This document shows, in pieces, positions 26,120-40,338 of a DNA stretch of 64,000 nt; the first letter of the stretch is position 1; the number at the start of each line of letters is the position of its first letter. Where the stretch lies: assembly GCA_964016885.1 (NCBI GenBank), contig OZ024746.1:60140001-60204000 (forward strand). Reading direction: 5' to 3'. The translations under genes were made by a program, and so were the position numbers. Under the pieces are notes generated by a model, which was not told where the DNA came from, made no database searches, and saw only the letters and a program-made list of their open reading frames with translations. The DNA is from Eledone cirrhosa (lineage: Eukaryota).

Positions 26120-26925
26120 CAGGATTGCCCTGCGCAACTGGGTTGGAAGTGGTATCATGATTAGCATGTGTAAAATTAGTTTGCTGGAATTTGCAAATGA
26201 CATGATTGGAATAAAAATCAGTGCTGCGAAAGCTGAGACACTCATCTTTTCAAGGAAGCATGCACAGTGCACTCTACATATAAATGGAGTTCCACTGAAG
26301 CAGGAAGAGAAGTTCAAGTATGTCGGGGCCGTGTTCATGGATGATGGAAGGCAGGAGGCTGAATTAAGTGGAAGAATTGCAGTAATGTGCAAGTTTCAGC
26401 ATTCAGTAATCAGAAGAAGGGAAGTAGGTGTAAAAGCCAAACTCGCTATTTTCAATTTGGTATTCATGCCAACCCTTACCTATGGTCATGAATCTTTGGC
26501 AATGACAATCACAAATACAAACAGCCAAAATAGGGTTCCTCCAAAGGGTCTTTGGAGTAACATTACTCAATAGAGTGCATAGTTGGAGATCAGAGAGTTA
26601 CTCCAGGTAGAGCCGCTACTTCTTCAAATTGAGAGATCACAAATCCGATATTACGGACATGTGGTTAGAATGTCTCAGGAAAGAATCGTTGGACAGATTT
26701 TATGGACAAATCCAACCGGCCGGAGACCCAGGGGTGGACACTGAGCAAGATGGTTGGATAACATCCATGAGCTTGGCTAGTCTCAGCCAAATCAATTAGA
26801 GACAGTTGCTTCTGACAGGACATGCTGGAAGGAGTGTTTGAGGACTCTGCCCCCACGACCCTCTCAAGAATAAGTGAGAGAAGACGAAGAAGGAAAAGGA
26901 GGGGGAGGAGAAGAAGAAGAAGATA
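26110..26925 (+). mobile_element. RTE-like LINE 3' fragment (second family)
   Basis: GIKISAAKAETLIF...EEKFKYVG...KAKLAIFNLVFMPTLTYGHES; (GAA)n tail. Confidence 0.8.
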
Positions 26926-26934
26926 TTTTATGAC

Positions 26935-27090
26935 AGGCTTCTACAGTTTCCATCTACCAAATTACACTCACAAGGCATTAGTCATCCAGAGGTTATAGTA
27001 GAAGACACTTGCCCAACATGCCACACAGTGGGGACTGAACCCAGTATGGTTACAAAGTTTACTTCGTAATCATACAGCCATGCTTGCACC
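26935..27090 (-). mobile_element. CORE-like SINE (others ~24290-24450, 25380-25525, 30500-30640, 31340-31450, 47055-47220)
   Basis: gggttcagtcccactgtgtggca.cttgggcaagtgtcttctactata...aaatttggtaga.ggaaactg shared among copies. Confidence 0.65.
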
Positions 27091-27500
27091 CATATAATAC
27101 ACACACACTCACATTACCACATATATACATACACACACATTGCCAAATGAGGCAATTACACTTCTAGGAATTTAACTGAATGAAACACTACAAACCTTTC
27201 ATACACAAGGGCACACAACACATATTCATGCACACAACACACTCATATATTAATACACACAAACGGAAATAGCCAATTCTAGCAAGGAGGGATGAATGAT
27301 TGTACAAGGAAGAGAATGAAAGAGGAAGAATACATATATGGTGGCAGTGAAGATGGAGAAGATGATGGCGTTGATGTTGGTAGTGGTGGTGGAAGTGGGG
27401 ATTTTGATGGTGATAGTGATGCTAAATGGAAAAAACATGGTGGTGGTGGCAACGGGAGGGAGGGGGGTCTTTCTAGAGGTTGACTTCAGAGGGTGGAACT

Positions 27501-27534
<34 letters not shown>

Positions 27535-27912
27535 GGGGATAGTTTCCTTTAAACAGGATGTTGTCTTGGTACTACAGCTGGTGGTTATATAGACATATGG
27601 CCTCTTCCTTGATTAGTGGGAGGGTGGGATGGTTAGAAGAATGGTTAGCTGGTTTGATGGATAGTTTGTTGGTTGAATGAATGAATGGCTGGATGGATGA
27701 TTGAGTGATTGGGTGGATAGATACTTAGATGAATAGATTGGTAGATGGATCATTAGATAGATAAGTAGGTAGGTAGATAGATATATAGATAATCAGCATA
27801 CATAGAGATTGATAAATATAGTGTGTATGCATGTGTGTGTAAGAAACAGATATTAAAATAAAGAAGAAAAATATAAAGAAATGAGACCCTATTATATGAA
27901 GGTAGACAGGGG

Positions 27913-27958
<46 letters not shown>

Positions 27959-28102
27959 TAGAGATGGAAAGAACAAGATGTTTTCTTACTGCCACTTCAT
28001 CCCACCAACAAACATCACTGCCACCCTTCCCACCTAGACTCATAACTACACTCATTAAAAGAATTCAGGCCAGTAGTGTGTAAACAAGGCACATGAGTGC
28101 AG

Positions 28103-28136
<34 letters not shown>

Positions 28137-28236
28137 TATATTTCAAAACACACACATCTGTATATACTTACACGCACACTCACATATACATTGCATAAAA
28201 ATTATGTTAATGGATATACATAAATAAATGTATGTA

Positions 28237-28272
<36 letters not shown>

Positions 28273-29820
28273 CACACACACTCAAACATATATATATATA
28301 TATGTGAAAGTTAGTGAAAGATTTGAAAGCAGGGTCTATGACCTTTATACCTTTCTAGGACCTCCAGGCTAGTAACATAGGACTGGTTGAGGTTCAGTTT
28401 GAACACCTGTGGATTGATGTTTGCAAGGAAAAACAAGGGCCCCATGTGGAGTCAAGAGGCAATTGCAGAGTTATAGCTCAGTGGGAAAAAAATTTTGTGT
28501 ATGGAAAGTGAGATATTGTAGAAATGAGAGGAAGTGAAAAGAAAGTTGTATTTATAAGAGAGTGAGAGGAAAGGTTATAGAGCAGTTAAGTAAGAAGAGC
28601 AGTGGTTCTTGTTATCATTTTACACCTGTTTTCCATGCTTGCATGGTTTGAACAAATCTTCTCCAGCACAGCATTCCTTTGTCATCTCCTCTGTGTTCTA
28701 AGATAAGCTCTTACCACTTCCTGTCTAGGATTTCTTTCATCTGACAAGATCACACCACAAATGACGGTGTTGCCTTAAGACCACATCATGAATGAAGAGG
28801 TCATGGAAAAAGCTGGGCTGCAGAACCCATCACTGTAAGACAGTGAAAGAGGTTTGATTGCATGTTACATATGTCAACGAAATGACCAGTGAGAGCCTCT
28901 CTCAAGTGGAACCTGGGGAAGAGAGGGGGGCATGTAGGGGGTGAAACAAACCTGTGAAGACATGTTTGAAGTCTGTAGAGGAAGACCTGGCAAACTTGGA
29001 GCAGGCACATAACAAGGCTTCCAACAACTGTGCTGGATGAAGATCTCTCATTGCCCAATGTTCCATAGGGAGTAAGACAAACTAACTCCGTTCTGAAACT
29101 CTCTTCCATTTGGAGTTCTTGTCACTTCTTCACATAACAATCACCATCCATATGTATTATATACCCATACCAATACAATCTTCTCTCTTGCACAGATCTG
29201 ATACTGCCAATTTGCCAGTATTAAACAGAGGTGACCTACATTTTTTCCTGGATAGGAAAGGCATGTGGCCTTGTGGTTAAAGTCTTCACTCATGATCATA
29301 TGGTCATAGTTTCAGTTCTCATATTGGGTGGCACATTCTGTTCTTGAGCAAGACACTTCAGTTCACACTGCTTTTCATGAGGACTGGGGTCCTTATCCTT
29401 AAGACACCCAAGAAACCTTCAATGTAGCTAAATCTACATGGGTGAGAACCGTAACAACAACAGAATATCTGATTTCTCTTATTCCCAGTTTTTCATTCAT
29501 CTGTGATGTGTCACTCATGTACACTAACACTACACATTCAGAAGAACATGCTAGCTTTAATTGTTCTAACCTTTGCATATCTACATTCAATGCCCATGTC
29601 TCACTGTCATACAATATCACACTTCATATACATCCATCCTATAATCTACTCTTCAATTGGAGAGGTAGAAGCTCTCTGAACTTTTTCCACTTTTCCACCT
29701 ATTTTTTATTCTGGCTATTATACTTACAAAGTACCCTCTTCTACTGCTTATGGAGCCAGCTCAGTAACAGAAGTACAAACAACAGACATGTTTCAATCTT
29801 ATTAGATCTCATCTCATCAG

Positions 29821-29860
<40 letters not shown>

Positions 29861-29862
29861 TA

Positions 29863-30030
29863 CCGTATTTCCCAGCATCAAAGACGTTACTTTCTTTCTA
29901 AAATAAGTCTCAAAAATCTACCATGCATTCTGGAGGCCGAAGGTTGTTTATTATTTTTTTTCAAATTTTTGGTTGTCAAAATTAGGGTGCGTCCTCAAGG
30001 ACGAAGCGTCTTCGGTGCTGAGAAATACAG
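29863..30030. mobile_element. pogo/Tigger-like MITE
   Basis: TIRs ccgtatttcccagcatcaaagacg / cgtcttcggtgctgagaaatacag within (TA)n. Confidence 0.65.
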
Positions 30031-31201
30031 TGTATATATATATATATATACACACTTACTTATTCCTAATTTTTAAATCCATTTTTCATAATAGCTTATG
30101 TGTGTATCCACTCAATATATATAAAGCCTACATATGTATCTTTATATATATAGTTACTACATTAAAAGGATATTAGGAATTTTAAGTTTTCTAAAATAAT
30201 ATATTTCCCCGTGGTGTACTCTGAACTTATTTTTACTCTCTTGGTACAAAAGGATTATTTTGGTGGTATATAAATGCACTTGCTTTATTCCTCTTGTATG
30301 CTCCAGTCGCTTTATAATCAACACCCCCTCGTGACTGACTGACACTTATAACAAGGCTTCATGAAAAACTGGTTCTTTGAACACCAGCTGAATAAGTGAA
30401 TAGACTCAGAAACATCCACATGTTCCACAAGGTCCATATTCACAGAAGATCATTGTCTATGATTTTCAAATAACTTTGGATGTAGATGTAACTGAATGGT
30501 TAACAAATTTGTTTCACAATCATGAAGTGGCTGGTTCAATCGTACTGTATAATGGCTTGGGCAAGTGTCCCGAGCAGAACATCGGGTCAGCCCAAGCCTT
30601 GTGAATGAAATTAAGTAGGCAGAAACCGTGTACATGCAATTCAAATGCCCAAACTTGTCACATATTGTGTCATGCTGATTTGGCTTGAAAATTACATTAA
30701 GAGTGCACGTGTCTGTGGAATACTCAACCTCTTGCATATTATTTCACAAGTTGGATGTACAATTATTTGAACAACTGAATGCTCATCATCGAAACTGACT
30801 GAGGATCTGTCAATGTACATACATCTGTATATATAAATATATATGGGTATATATATATATATGAGTGTGTGTTTGTGTATAAATATATATATAAATATCA
30901 TCATCATCACTGTTTAGCATCCATTTTTCCATGCTTGCATGGGTTATATATATATATAAGAACGTTTATTTTTAAAAAGGGCTTCAAAAGCGCATCTGGT
31001 ATATATAAAGGATCTTTATAATATACAAAAATTGATGTTAGCAAAGCCTGCTTTCTCGATTTTGGATTATCAAAACATTTGTTATTAGGTTAGATTATTT
31101 TTTCATTAAAACACCTGCATGCTGATTCTCGATTTTCTCTAAAAACATTTTTTCCGATTCCGCCTTGCCCGTCCCTTCAATCTTTCTAATTTCTCATTCT
31201 T

Positions 31202-31240
31202 TCTTCTGATTAAGGATTAGCGTCAGAAACGTAAATACTC
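31202..31240 (+). ncRNA. Decayed hammerhead motif (family of 15558)
   Basis: tcttCTGATTAaggattagcgtcaGAAAcgta; flanks homologous to 15500-15680. Confidence 0.55.
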
Positions 31241-32350
31241 TCTTCCTGCTATTTCAAGTGTGAACCTAATATATTCCTTCCATATACTGTACCGATTGTG
31301 TTGTTATTTCTGTTTACCTTTTATATATATAAATGCACAACCGACATGGCTTTGGGTTCAGTTCACCTGGACAAGTGTTTTTTTACTATAGCTTTAGGTT
31401 GATCAATGCCTTGAGAGTGAAATTTGGTAGACAGAACTGTATGGATGCCTGTTAATAAGCACGTAACTTAGCATTTCAAAAAAACGAGATCGATAAAATA
31501 AGTACAAGACTGTAAGTGTAAGGTGGTATTCCAGCATGGCCACAGTCCAATGACTGAAACTAGCAAAAGAATAAAAGAAAACACATATTTTCTTTATATA
31601 TTCAACATTCATTTCTTTTGTTTTAGTTCAGATAAACATAGCTCCAACTAATTCTTAGTTAAAGTTGACCACTCTCAGTGAATAAATACCTAATTAGACA
31701 AATTAAGATGTGCCTTGTGAGGGTCATGTGTGTTTTGTTACATATAAATTAATTTTGGGTATTTTAACTTTTCTAACTTAACACTTTCATAATCATATTT
31801 CTAATGAAAGTCTATGATTTTCGAATAATTATCAAGAATTTGGGATTTAGTTACATAACTTTCTCATTATTAAACTGGTGTTTGGAACATAACTTAAATA
31901 TTTTGATAAATATAAACACTTTAACTCTCACTTTTTATATTTCTAATGAAAGCCACTGCTAATAATTTTCAAATAATTCTTCAAACAATCAGGTTTAAGT
32001 AACATAACTTTCCTATTATTAAGCTGGGATTTGAAATATCTTAACAAAGGTTCTTCTTACATAAAATTATAATGAAAGGCTTTCAAATAAATATAAACAC
32101 TTTAAAATAGAACAAGATGTTGTTTCAGATGGTTGGGCATGAAAGAGTCAATATCTTCCCCAGTAGAGAAATACCTCAGTAATAATGGATTTTAGTTGTA
32201 TATAAACACAATAAGTTAATTCTCCTGCTACATTCTGGTTTCTTTATATTCAAACACCTCATGCTTCATGTATAAATGTCTTGATTACCATGTATAATCC
32301 ATGTAAGCATGAAAGAGCAGATATCAAAGGACGATTATATATAAATGTAT

Positions 32351-32645
<295 letters not shown>

Positions 32646-32819
32646 CCATATATCCAAATATACAATATATTTTGAATTATTATAGCTCTGGACAAAATCT
32701 ATTGAGCTTTTTTTTTTATTGAGAAGCACAAAAATAAAACATTTGATGTTTTTATACCTCATATTTGTATTTGTGTATATATATGTGTGTGCGTGCGTGC
32801 GTGCGTGTGTGTGTGTGTG

Positions 32820-33098
32820 TCGGGTTTAATCGGGGGTAACCACTGTAAGTAAGGTACTCAATACATAGCAGAGTATAAATATTTAATATAGAAATGGCTT
32901 TTACAGAACTAGAACTGTTTCATTTGAAGAAAATCATCAGGAAAGCCGACTGTCAATGTGTTATGGTGGTATTTATACATTTTCTGGTGGTAGGGGGAAA
33001 ATGTATAAATACCACCATAACACATTGACAGTCGGCTTTCCTGATGATGATTTGCTTCGAATGAAACAGTTCTAGTCCTGTAGAAGCCATTTCTATAT
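32820..33098. mobile_element. Hairpin insertion, family H3, with a hammerhead in each arm (fragment also at ~3635-3673)
   Basis: ~95-bp arms ~32886-32983 / ~32997-33098 with a ~65 nt tail, between (TG)n and (TA)n. Confidence 0.85.
33034..33088 (+). ncRNA. Type I hammerhead ribozyme with full helix III (mirror copy 32896-32947, minus)
   Basis: GGCTTTC-CTGATGA-tg-ATTTG-ctt-CGAAT-GAAA-CAG-ttctagtc-CTG-TA-GAAGCC; predicted GUA cleavage triplet. Confidence 0.8.
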
Positions 33099-33102
33099 AT
33101 TT

Positions 33103-33136
<34 letters not shown>

Positions 33137-33465
33137 TGCACATATATATATACACACACATACATGCACATATATATATACACACACATACATGCACATA
33201 TATATATATACACACACACACATACATACATACACATATTTATGTATATCATATGACGCATGACAATACACACACACCTGCCACTGTAGATTTCTGCATA
33301 ATCCCATATACCTAAATAACATACTAATATGACATTTGTGTATGTGCGTGTTATACAGAGTATATATGGGCAATATATGTTTTGACATTTACCTTTATAC
33401 ACGCATATGCACATTAAGATCATATATGTATATATTTACACACTCACACACACATATATATTTAA

Positions 33466-33497
<32 letters not shown>

Positions 33498-33641
33498 TTA
33501 CACACACACACACACATATTTACACACACACACACACACACATATATTTACACACACACACACACATATATTTACACACACACACACACACATACATATA
33601 TTTACACACACACACACACACACATATTTACGCACACACAT

Positions 33642-33733
<92 letters not shown>

Positions 33734-34017
33734 TTCCAGCAATGCATATCTACAATCGTATATAGTCATCTGTAGAAATGTAAGACAGTGGTCAGGCAAT
33801 AAAATAAACCACATACCTCTAAGTACATACCATATATGTATACACGCATTCGAATATATATATATATACATACGTATGTGTGTATTTATGTGTGTGCGTC
33901 CATGTATGTGTGTGTGTACATGTATGTGTGTGTGTAGTCTGCATCACCTCCAAAACCATAATATATAAACACTAATATTTTATACCTACCATGATATATG
34001 TACCATCATTTCATTCA

Positions 34018-34054
<37 letters not shown>

Positions 34055-34452
34055 CCATTATACGCTGTACTTATATATTTATAAATACATTCTATATCTG
34101 TTGTATATAAATGGATAAGACTGTGAGATGAATGATTGTATAGATGGCTTAAGTCCAATACTATGATATATACATACACTAACATTATATATACCTACAA
34201 TCACGTATATATACCATCACACACACAAATGTATATATGTATGTATGTTTTCTGAAACAATAAGATGTACCATTCATTTCAAAATATATAGTCGTTATCC
34301 GCTGTATTTATATATACATTATACATACATCATATATTGTCTGTGTATGATGTGGTTTTACATGAAAGAGAAAAGAGATGTGGTTTTACATGAAAGAGAA
34401 AAGAAATGTGGTTTTACATGAATAAGAAAAGAGAGATGAAAGTATGACTTAC

Positions 34453-34540
34453 CTCCAAATACTAGCCAAATTAATGCTAAAATACCCACAATCTTGGAGC
34501 CACCACAATCGGTGGTATTCCAGCTCCGATACCTTGCCAT
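34453..34540 (-). CDS. Probable first coding exon (signal peptide) of a secreted or membrane protein gene
   Basis: aaaaagATGG start context; MARYRSWNTTDCGGSKIVGILALIWLVFG with a hydrophobic core; ends in phase 1 at a perfect donor G|GTAAGT; lies in unique, CpG-retaining sequence. Confidence 0.65.
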
Positions 34541-35340
34541 CTTTTTACATCTATGTATATAATTTGGTTCGCTTGGTAGCTTCTTTCTTTTTCCCTCTCA
34601 GGTCCTTTCGTTCGGGACCCCCAAAAAATATTGGGTGGGAATCAGAAAGGAAAAAAAAATGCCAGAAAATAAGATTCCTCGGCGACTTCTACATTAGTAA
34701 AATCCTCATCTACCAGCATCCGTAGCGCATAAATAGAGATTCGTAGTTCGTTAGTTCTCCTTGATAAACGAAGAGAGATTCAGATTGAGAGAGGCAAGTG
34801 CTTGGATTAGAACGTTATGTCGCTGTGTGTGTGTATGTGTGTGAGTTAATATCTTAGTGCGCGTGTGTATGTAGTAGTAATAGACTTGACAGATATTTGA
34901 AAGAGAGAGAAAGAAACAGAGAATTACGCTTGTGGCTGCTGCTGCTGTTGCTAGTGGTGGTGCGCGTGTGACCAAAGTTAGTGTATGTATGTGTATGTAA
35001 CACTATGTATGTTTTATGCTTGTGTGTACGAATGTTTTGTATATATGTGTAAATAATATATTTGTTTTATATAAATATATACACACACACACACATATAT
35101 GTGTGTGTGCTATTACCTTTTATAATAAATATTTATACTTGTGTATACGTGCATATGAGTACAAATGTATGCGGTATGTATATATATGTATAGTTACGTG
35201 TGCGCATATCTAGTTTTCTATATATGCGTTCGTTTGTTGTGTATCATTGTGAAATGTGGGTGTGTAGCTGGATGTATGAGGTTGTGCGCGCGTGTGAGAA
35301 TTTGCGCTTATATATTTGTGAATGTATGTATACATCATAA
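34541..35340 (-). promoter_or_regulatory. Putative 5' UTR/promoter region of the minus-strand gene
   Basis: TE-free and visibly richer in CpG than its flanks, directly upstream of the candidate exon. No TSS can be fixed. Confidence 0.35.
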
Positions 35341-35521
35341 GACTAACTAGATACTATAGACATCACTATGTATGTATATATTCATTATCATTAGGCTAAG
35401 TACCAGTAATGTACTGGGTAATTGCTGGCCTTGTGCCAATAGTAGAAACAATTATTAAGGCTAAAAAGTGAGTCTTGTTACTCTGGAGTTTCTCCTGTTT
35501 ATCATAGGGTCATCAGACATA

Positions 35522-35565
<44 letters not shown>

Positions 35566-36958
35566 CGTGTGTGTGTGTCTATATAGTTATTTAGTCAGTA
35601 GTGGAAACAAAGGTATCAAATGATGCATACACACACACACGTACACACAGATGCAATATATAAATTTCGTTATTTTTTTTATTAAGACAAGGCTTGTAGC
35701 TTTATTTAAGATGTGTTGTGGTGGTCATGCTTTTCCCAACATCATCGACATCGTCATAATAATAACGTGAACTGAATTGCGCATACACAGTGATTTCGTT
35801 GTTTGCAGACTATGCACAGAAGTCCTGTGATAATTTTAAGGAAGGAAGGAAGGCAGAAATGGGTTGTGGCAATCATGCCCTTCTGACGAGATCATCATCA
35901 TCATCGTACTCATCATTGCATGAATTGAAATACTGAAATATTTAACAAAGAATCTCACACACGCATATAGTGGTTTCGTTGTTTGGGAACTATGCACAGA
36001 GGTCCTCTGATATTTTAAGGAAGGATGAAATGGGACGTTGTGGCAGTCATGCCCTTCCCAACAATATCATCATCATCATCCTCACTTGAACTGAAATCTG
36101 AAATATTTAACGGACGAGGAATCGCACACACGCATATAGTGGTGATTTCGTTGTTTGGAGTCTGCACACGAAGGTTTGATGATATTTTTAAAGAAGGGAG
36201 GGGGAAATAAGGTGTTGTGATGGTGTGGCAATCATGCATGTCCCAATGACATTCATAGGTAGACAACGCTGATATTGAGGCATGAATGAGAGGGAGCTAA
36301 CACTACTACGGATTGACACCACTGGCAGCGATGATGTGGGAGATGACGGTAGTGATAGTGCTGTTACTGTGTTGAAAAGGCAGAGATGGTAGTGTAGGAG
36401 ATATAAATGTGTGCGTGTGTGCTTATCTATTAGCTGTAGCAGCACTAACACAGTGTGATTCAGAATAAAGGCCCATATGGACCCATATAATCACAGCGGG
36501 AGTATATTAATGTTTCTTATACGCCATTATATATATAACTCGAATACGGGTATAGATTGAAGGTACCCATTTACGTGTGTTGTATTGAAGCGAATAACTA
36601 TGTGTCTACTCTGGGATTTTACATAACATTACCTATTGAGTACGCTGAGATGCAACCGGTACTGGCAGTGAAACCCATGCTAGTCCCGTCAACTTATTAT
36701 TATTATAGAAAGAGAGGGAGGAGAGACAAAGAGAGAAAGAGAATAATGATGTAAGAGTGTGTAAGTAATTATTTTAGTGAACGAGCTACAGAAGACAAAA
36801 GCGAAGTGTAAATAGGGTATGTGTGTGTATTTAAATGAGACATAGAGAGGAGAAAGAGGAGGAAAACAGACGTACAAACAAGAGCCAGAAACAGAAGGGC
36901 ATAGTATGTGTGAGTATGTCTGTGAATATGAATGTGTATGAGTATGTGTGTGTGTGTG

Positions 36959-36997
<39 letters not shown>

Positions 36998-37147
36998 ATG
37001 TATTTGTATATATTTGTGCATGTGTCTATGTTAATCTATTTCTAATTCTACCCAATCTTTCTCGTTTGCTCTCATTTTTTTTTTCTTTCATCTATTTTGT
37101 CTTGTTCTCACTTTCACTTTTTCTCTTTCACATGTTTTGTCTGACTG

Positions 37148-37233
<86 letters not shown>

Positions 37234-37367
37234 ACACTAACAATCCCTAGCTATCTGTGTTTGAGTTAGTAAGACTATGGGAAAACGAAAGTATGAACAG
37301 GAGAGGAGACTGACAGAAATGTGAGTGTCAATGAGAGAGAGAGAGGAAGAGAGAGAAAAAGACTGTG

Positions 37368-37477
<110 letters not shown>

Positions 37478-37769
37478 GTTGGTAGCTTGTAAAGATGGGA
37501 CGTTTTTCTTCATTTCCACACACATGCACTGCATGCATACATACGCACTTACACATAACTACACCACAATTAACCAGCCAATCAATCAGTCACTCATCGC
37601 TTGGAGAACTGCTAACAATAGTGATGAATTGAACTGAAATACACAAATGTACTCACACACGTATATATATATATATATCTGTACAGGCAATAGTTATTAG
37701 AATGCTGAAGTGTGTATACATTTTTTGGGACACCTTGTATGTGCGCGCGCGCGTGCGCACACACACACG

Positions 37770-37828
<59 letters not shown>

Positions 37829-37864
37829 TATATGTGTGTGTGTGTGTGCGTGCGCGCGCACATA

Positions 37865-37960
37865 CAAGGTGTCCCAAAAAATGTATACACACTTCAGCAT
37901 TCTAATAACTATTGCCTGTACAGATAATCAAAGTGTGTATACATTTTTTGAGACACCCTG
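37865..37960. mobile_element. Tc1/mariner-type MITE (second copy ~48811-48908)
   Basis: TIRs caaggtgtcccaaaaaatgtatacacactt / aagtgtgtatacattttttgagacaccctg, TA flanks. Confidence 0.8.
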
Positions 37961-39115
37961 TATATATATATATAATCATCATCATCATCGCTGTTTAACC
38001 TCCATTTTCCACGCTAGCATGGATTAGACGAGCTGTCCCGATGTGAGACAAGCCAGGTCAGCTGACCGTATTTTGCTCATACAGAACTGATTTTGGCTTG
38101 GTTTCTATGGTTGGATGCCCTTCCTAACGCCAACCACATTTACTGTGTGTACTGGGTGCTTTTTCTCGTGACACCTACACGACCACTTTACAGTGTGGGC
38201 TGGGCACTTTTTATTGTGACGTCTACTCAACTGCTTTAGTGTTGACTGGGCACACAACAAAACATGCTCACTCCACACTGTAAAGTGGTTGTGTAAATGT
38301 CACAACAAAAAGGATCCAGTCTACACTGTAAATGTGATTTGGTGTTAGGAAGGGCATCCAGCCATAGGAACCAACCCAAAATAGGTCCAGTGTGAGCAAG
38401 ACAAGGTCATCTGCTCTGGCTTGGCTCAAATCTGGACAACTTGTCTAACCCATGCTAGCATGGAAAACTGGACGTTAAACAGTGATGATGATGATGTTAT
38501 CCTTTAAACCTCCGCTTTCCCTGCTAACAAGGGTTGGGCGGGTCTACAGAGACCAATTCAGTACTGAAGGGAAGCTATGGACCTTCCAGACAGGTCAGAG
38601 ATCTTTGCCTCGCTTATGTATGGTCTCGTAGTGCACAGGAGAGGTTGTCATGTCTTTGACACAACTGAGGGTCCTTTTCAACCCTTTGTTTGGCAAGATT
38701 TCTACAGCTGGATGCCCTTCCTGTCATCAACCACTTTACAGTGTAAACTGGGCGTGTTTATCTTGTAGATCACCAACCTTATGGAGGTTGTTATGTCCTT
38801 GACACAACTGAAGACTCCTCTCAAATATATATATATTTATTTCAACTGATTTTCTGTAAATTCAAATTATGATATGGTTTCGTTGATTTCTATTGCTTGA
38901 TGTGAGTTAATGATTTATGTGACTATAAATTGAAATAGCTTGATCACACTCTGACAAAGGTATTTTGTGTTTGAATCGCTTAAAGTCCATTCATTAACGA
39001 AAACAAGTTGATCATTTGCGACACTTAGACAAATTCATTTCACAATCTTCCAGAAACAATTGTAAGTGATTAAAACTGTTTTTAATGGAAATAGGTTGAT
39101 TTTCTTCAAATACTT

Positions 39116-39221
<106 letters not shown>

Positions 39222-39523
39222 ATTCAAATTCCATTTGTTATCAATTAAATTGATTGTTCAACAAGAATCAAAAACTGCTTACAGTAGTGTTTACTCAACA
39301 TATGAATTATTCCAATTGGTAGTTCCTGGGGTAGTTATGTAGTTTCCAAGTGTAACAATTTATGGAGTGTATATAGAAAATTACAAAAATATTATTAAAA
39401 ACACCATAATCCAGATGAGTGGGAATAGCTTTTATTGAATAGCAATATATATAAGGTAGATTACATGAGTTGATGATACAGCTGTATAAGGCAGTCAGAT
39501 ATTCAATCTAATTTCTCAGTCTT

Positions 39524-39559
39524 TCTTCTGATGAAGGATTAGTGTCTGAAACGTTAAGA
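39524..39559 (+). ncRNA. Minimal type I hammerhead ribozyme (same family as 15558)
   Basis: TCTT-CTGATGA-A-GGAT-tagt-GTCT-GAAA-CGTT-AAGA with the same downstream sequence as 15594-15680. Confidence 0.75.
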
Positions 39560-39996
39560 CCCTCTTTTTAAGTGTTAACCTAATATATTCCTTCCATATA
39601 CTGTACCGATTGTGTTGTTATTTCTGTTTACCTTTTACCTACATTTATATATATATATATATATATATAAATGGATAAAATATAAAGTGGTAATGTAGGT
39701 GTCACAACAAAAAGCACACAGCACACACTATAAATTTGGTTGGCATTAGGAAGGGCATCCAGTCATAGAAACCAAACCAAAACCAGTTCTGTATGAGCAA
39801 AACATGATTATTGGACCTGGCTTGTCTCACAATGAAGAAACTCATCAAACCCATGCTAGTGTGGAAAAATGGGTGTTAAATGGTGATGATGATGATTATA
39901 TATATATAGTTTAGGGGTTGTAATACCATGTTACTGTTGGTTCACCAAAATGAGCATATATATACATACATATATATATATATATGCGTAAATGGC

Positions 39997-40338
39997 GGCA
40001 CATGGCTTAGTGGTTAGAGCATTGGCCTTGCAATCGAAAGGTTGTGAGTTCAATTCTCAGACCGGGCAGTGTGTTGTTTCCTTGAGCAAGACACTTTATT
40101 TCACATTGCTCCAGTTTACTCAGCTGTAGAAATGAGATGAATGAGATGATAGGACTGGGGTCCCTATCATTCCACTGTAAAGTGGACGTGTAGGTGCCAC
40201 GGCAAAAAAGCACCCACCACTCACTGTAAATGAGGTTGGTGTTAGGAAGGGCATCCAGCTGTAGAAATCAAGCCAGAATCAGTTCCTGTCCCACCCTTGC
40301 AAGCAGGGAAAAAGCGGACGTAAAATGAAATGATGATG
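39997..40338 (+). mobile_element. tRNA-headed SINE with RTE-type tail (close copy 22740-23048, minus; others ~4000-4180, 12735-12860, 17350-17460, 29260-29370, 63435-63550)
   Basis: A box tggcttagtgg, B box gagttcaatt, ccttgagcaagacactt core, 3' end identical to RTE tail (cccttgcaagcagggaaaagcggac...atgatga). Confidence 0.8.

Noticed and set aside
39997-40070. tRNA gene
   Set aside because: tRNA-like SINE head without a full cloverleaf, continuing into SINE body.
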